The notes beneath the pieces were generated by a model, which ran no database searches, was not told where the DNA came from, and saw nothing but the letters and a program-made list of their open reading frames with translations. Of a stretch of 22,443 bases of DNA, positions 21,001-22,443 are shown one piece after another (the stretch's first letter is position 1; each line of letters opens with the position of its first letter). This DNA is from Octopus sinensis (lineage: Eukaryota): positions 1 through 22,443 of the forward strand of contig NW_021836916.1 in the NCBI RefSeq assembly GCF_006345805.1. Reading direction: 5' to 3'. Both the position numbers and the translations under genes were made by a program.

Positions 21001-21060
21001 CAGTGTTTCTCAAAGCGGTAGTCTACGGGACGGTCGGACAAGTTGTTTTGAGAAAATTTA
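21001..21060 (+). mobile_element. Possible minimal hAT (Charlie-type) element
   Basis: Left TIR CAGTGTTTCTCAAA and partial right TIR TTTGAGAAAATTTA; flanks GGTTAAAT (20993-21000) and GTTTAAAT (21061-21068). Confidence 0.4.
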
Positions 21061-21711
21061 GTTTAAATGTTTGACAACTCAGCACCGTCCATTGGACGGG
21101 AGGGGGGGTCGTTTTGCTCGTCCTCTGTAAAATACAATGATTTGCTATGCAAACGACAGCGGACTAAGAACACGCATCCAGTCTCGAGCCAAGCGACTTA
21201 TTCATTTTCCACATGAAACGGAAAATAAGGCTGGAGAAGAAATGCCTGTCGCAAAGTGTATTTCGTAAAAGATGGAAGTCTGTAGCAAGTATGTTGCCAG
21301 TGAAAGAACCTGTCTAAACGAGAACAAAAAAAAAAAACGACAAAGCAAAGTTCTCAGTGTGAGTATGTGCTTTGTGGGGTCGATCGCGTCCTCCGCTTCA
21401 TTTTTTTGTAAATCACTCATTCTCATTTAATTATATATATTTTAACTGTTTATTCATACGCTTCGTCTCATTCGATCCCCTGACCGCAATGTTTGTTTTG
21501 TCTGTTCTCGTATCGTCCCCTCTTTTTCTCAACCTCATGGTTAATAAAGAAATTGACTACCTTTGTTTGAACATGCCAGTGTCTGTAAATGAGTCTTCGT
21601 TAGCTCCAACGATGTAGTCCAGTTAAGACAAAGATGATACACAGAAGACACTCAAACGATAGGATGTTAACGAAGGCAATAGTATGTAACAGAAACACCC
21701 AGAATACGTTG

Positions 21712-21949
21712 ACTCTCTTTTACTCGTGTACTTGTTTCATTCATTTGACTGCGGCCATGCTGGGGCACCGCCTTTAGTCGAGCAAGTCGACGCCAGGACT
21801 TGTTCTTTGTATTCTATCGGTCTCTTTTGACGAACCGCTAGGTTACAGGGACGTAGACACACCAGCATCGGTTATCAAGCGATGTTGAGGGGGGGAACAA
21901 ACACAGACATACAGACATATACACATACATACATACAAACATACATACA

Positions 21950-21985
<36 letters not shown>

Positions 21986-22140
21986 TATATATGACGGGCT
22001 TCTTTCAGTTTCCGTCTACCAAATCCACTCACAAGGCTTTGGTCGGCCCATGGCTGTAATAGAAGACACTTGCCCAAGGTGCCACTCAGTGGGACTAAAC
22101 CCGGAACCAAGTGGTTGGTAAGAAAACTACTTACGCAACA
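21712..22140 (-). mobile_element. Near full-length tRNA-derived SINE, same family as 15944-16385
   Basis: Co-linear reverse complement of the + copy (e.g. GACGGGCTTCTTTCAGTTTCCGTCTACCAAATCCACTCACAAGGCTTTGGTCGGCCC), with an internal (TACA)n(TA)n tract. The extreme 5' end fades into a CA repeat. Confidence 0.92.
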
Positions 22141-22147
22141 CACACAT

Positions 22148-22214
<67 letters not shown>

Positions 22215-22308
22215 ATAGATAGATAGATAGATAGATAGTATAGATAAAAGATATATAGATATATATATATATATATATATATTATAATATATATATATAT
22301 ATATATAA
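22141..22308. repeat. CA, GATA and TA microsatellites
   Basis: Directly visible. Confidence 0.93.
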
Positions 22309-22443
22309 AAAAACTATAACTGTCACCAAATATGAACAGAGTTTAGGAACACTCACATTGCGAGAAATAGAGCCCTCATTTCTAGCAATGTACGTGTTCT
22401 AGCACCTTAGTCATATTGAGTGACCATTATAGTTTTCCTTCTG

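Noticed and set aside
21085-21099. Short palindrome CCGTCCATTGGACGG
   Set aside because: Too short to distinguish from chance, with no supporting context.

Overview
AT-rich, microsatellite-saturated eukaryotic DNA, most likely an octopod (Octopus-type) genome. That assignment rests on my recall of octopus tRNA-derived SINE families and other repeats; I ran no database search. There is no intact host gene, no RNA gene and no CRISPR array. Almost every ORF in the supplied track is an artefact of di-, tri- or tetranucleotide repeats. The one convincing protein-coding relic is a minus-strand, frameshifted non-LTR retrotransposon ORF1 (gag-like, CX2CX4HX4C knuckle) at 5568-6611. It runs directly into a 3' UTR and AATAAA with no ORF2, so it may be an ORF1-only element. 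Other content: a complete 383-bp non-autonomous Helitron, the 5' end of a second Helitron, two near-complete and several partial SINEs, Tigger and hAT terminal fragments, probable RTE-LINE remnants, a ~400-bp hairpin palindrome, a ~3.7-kb hierarchical ACC-rich satellite, and a candidate 36-nt exon. I see no firm evidence of a new biological system. The ORF1-only element and the large hairpin are the best leads. Scattered 1-bp indels suggest long-read consensus errors, which limits how far frameshifts can be interpreted.
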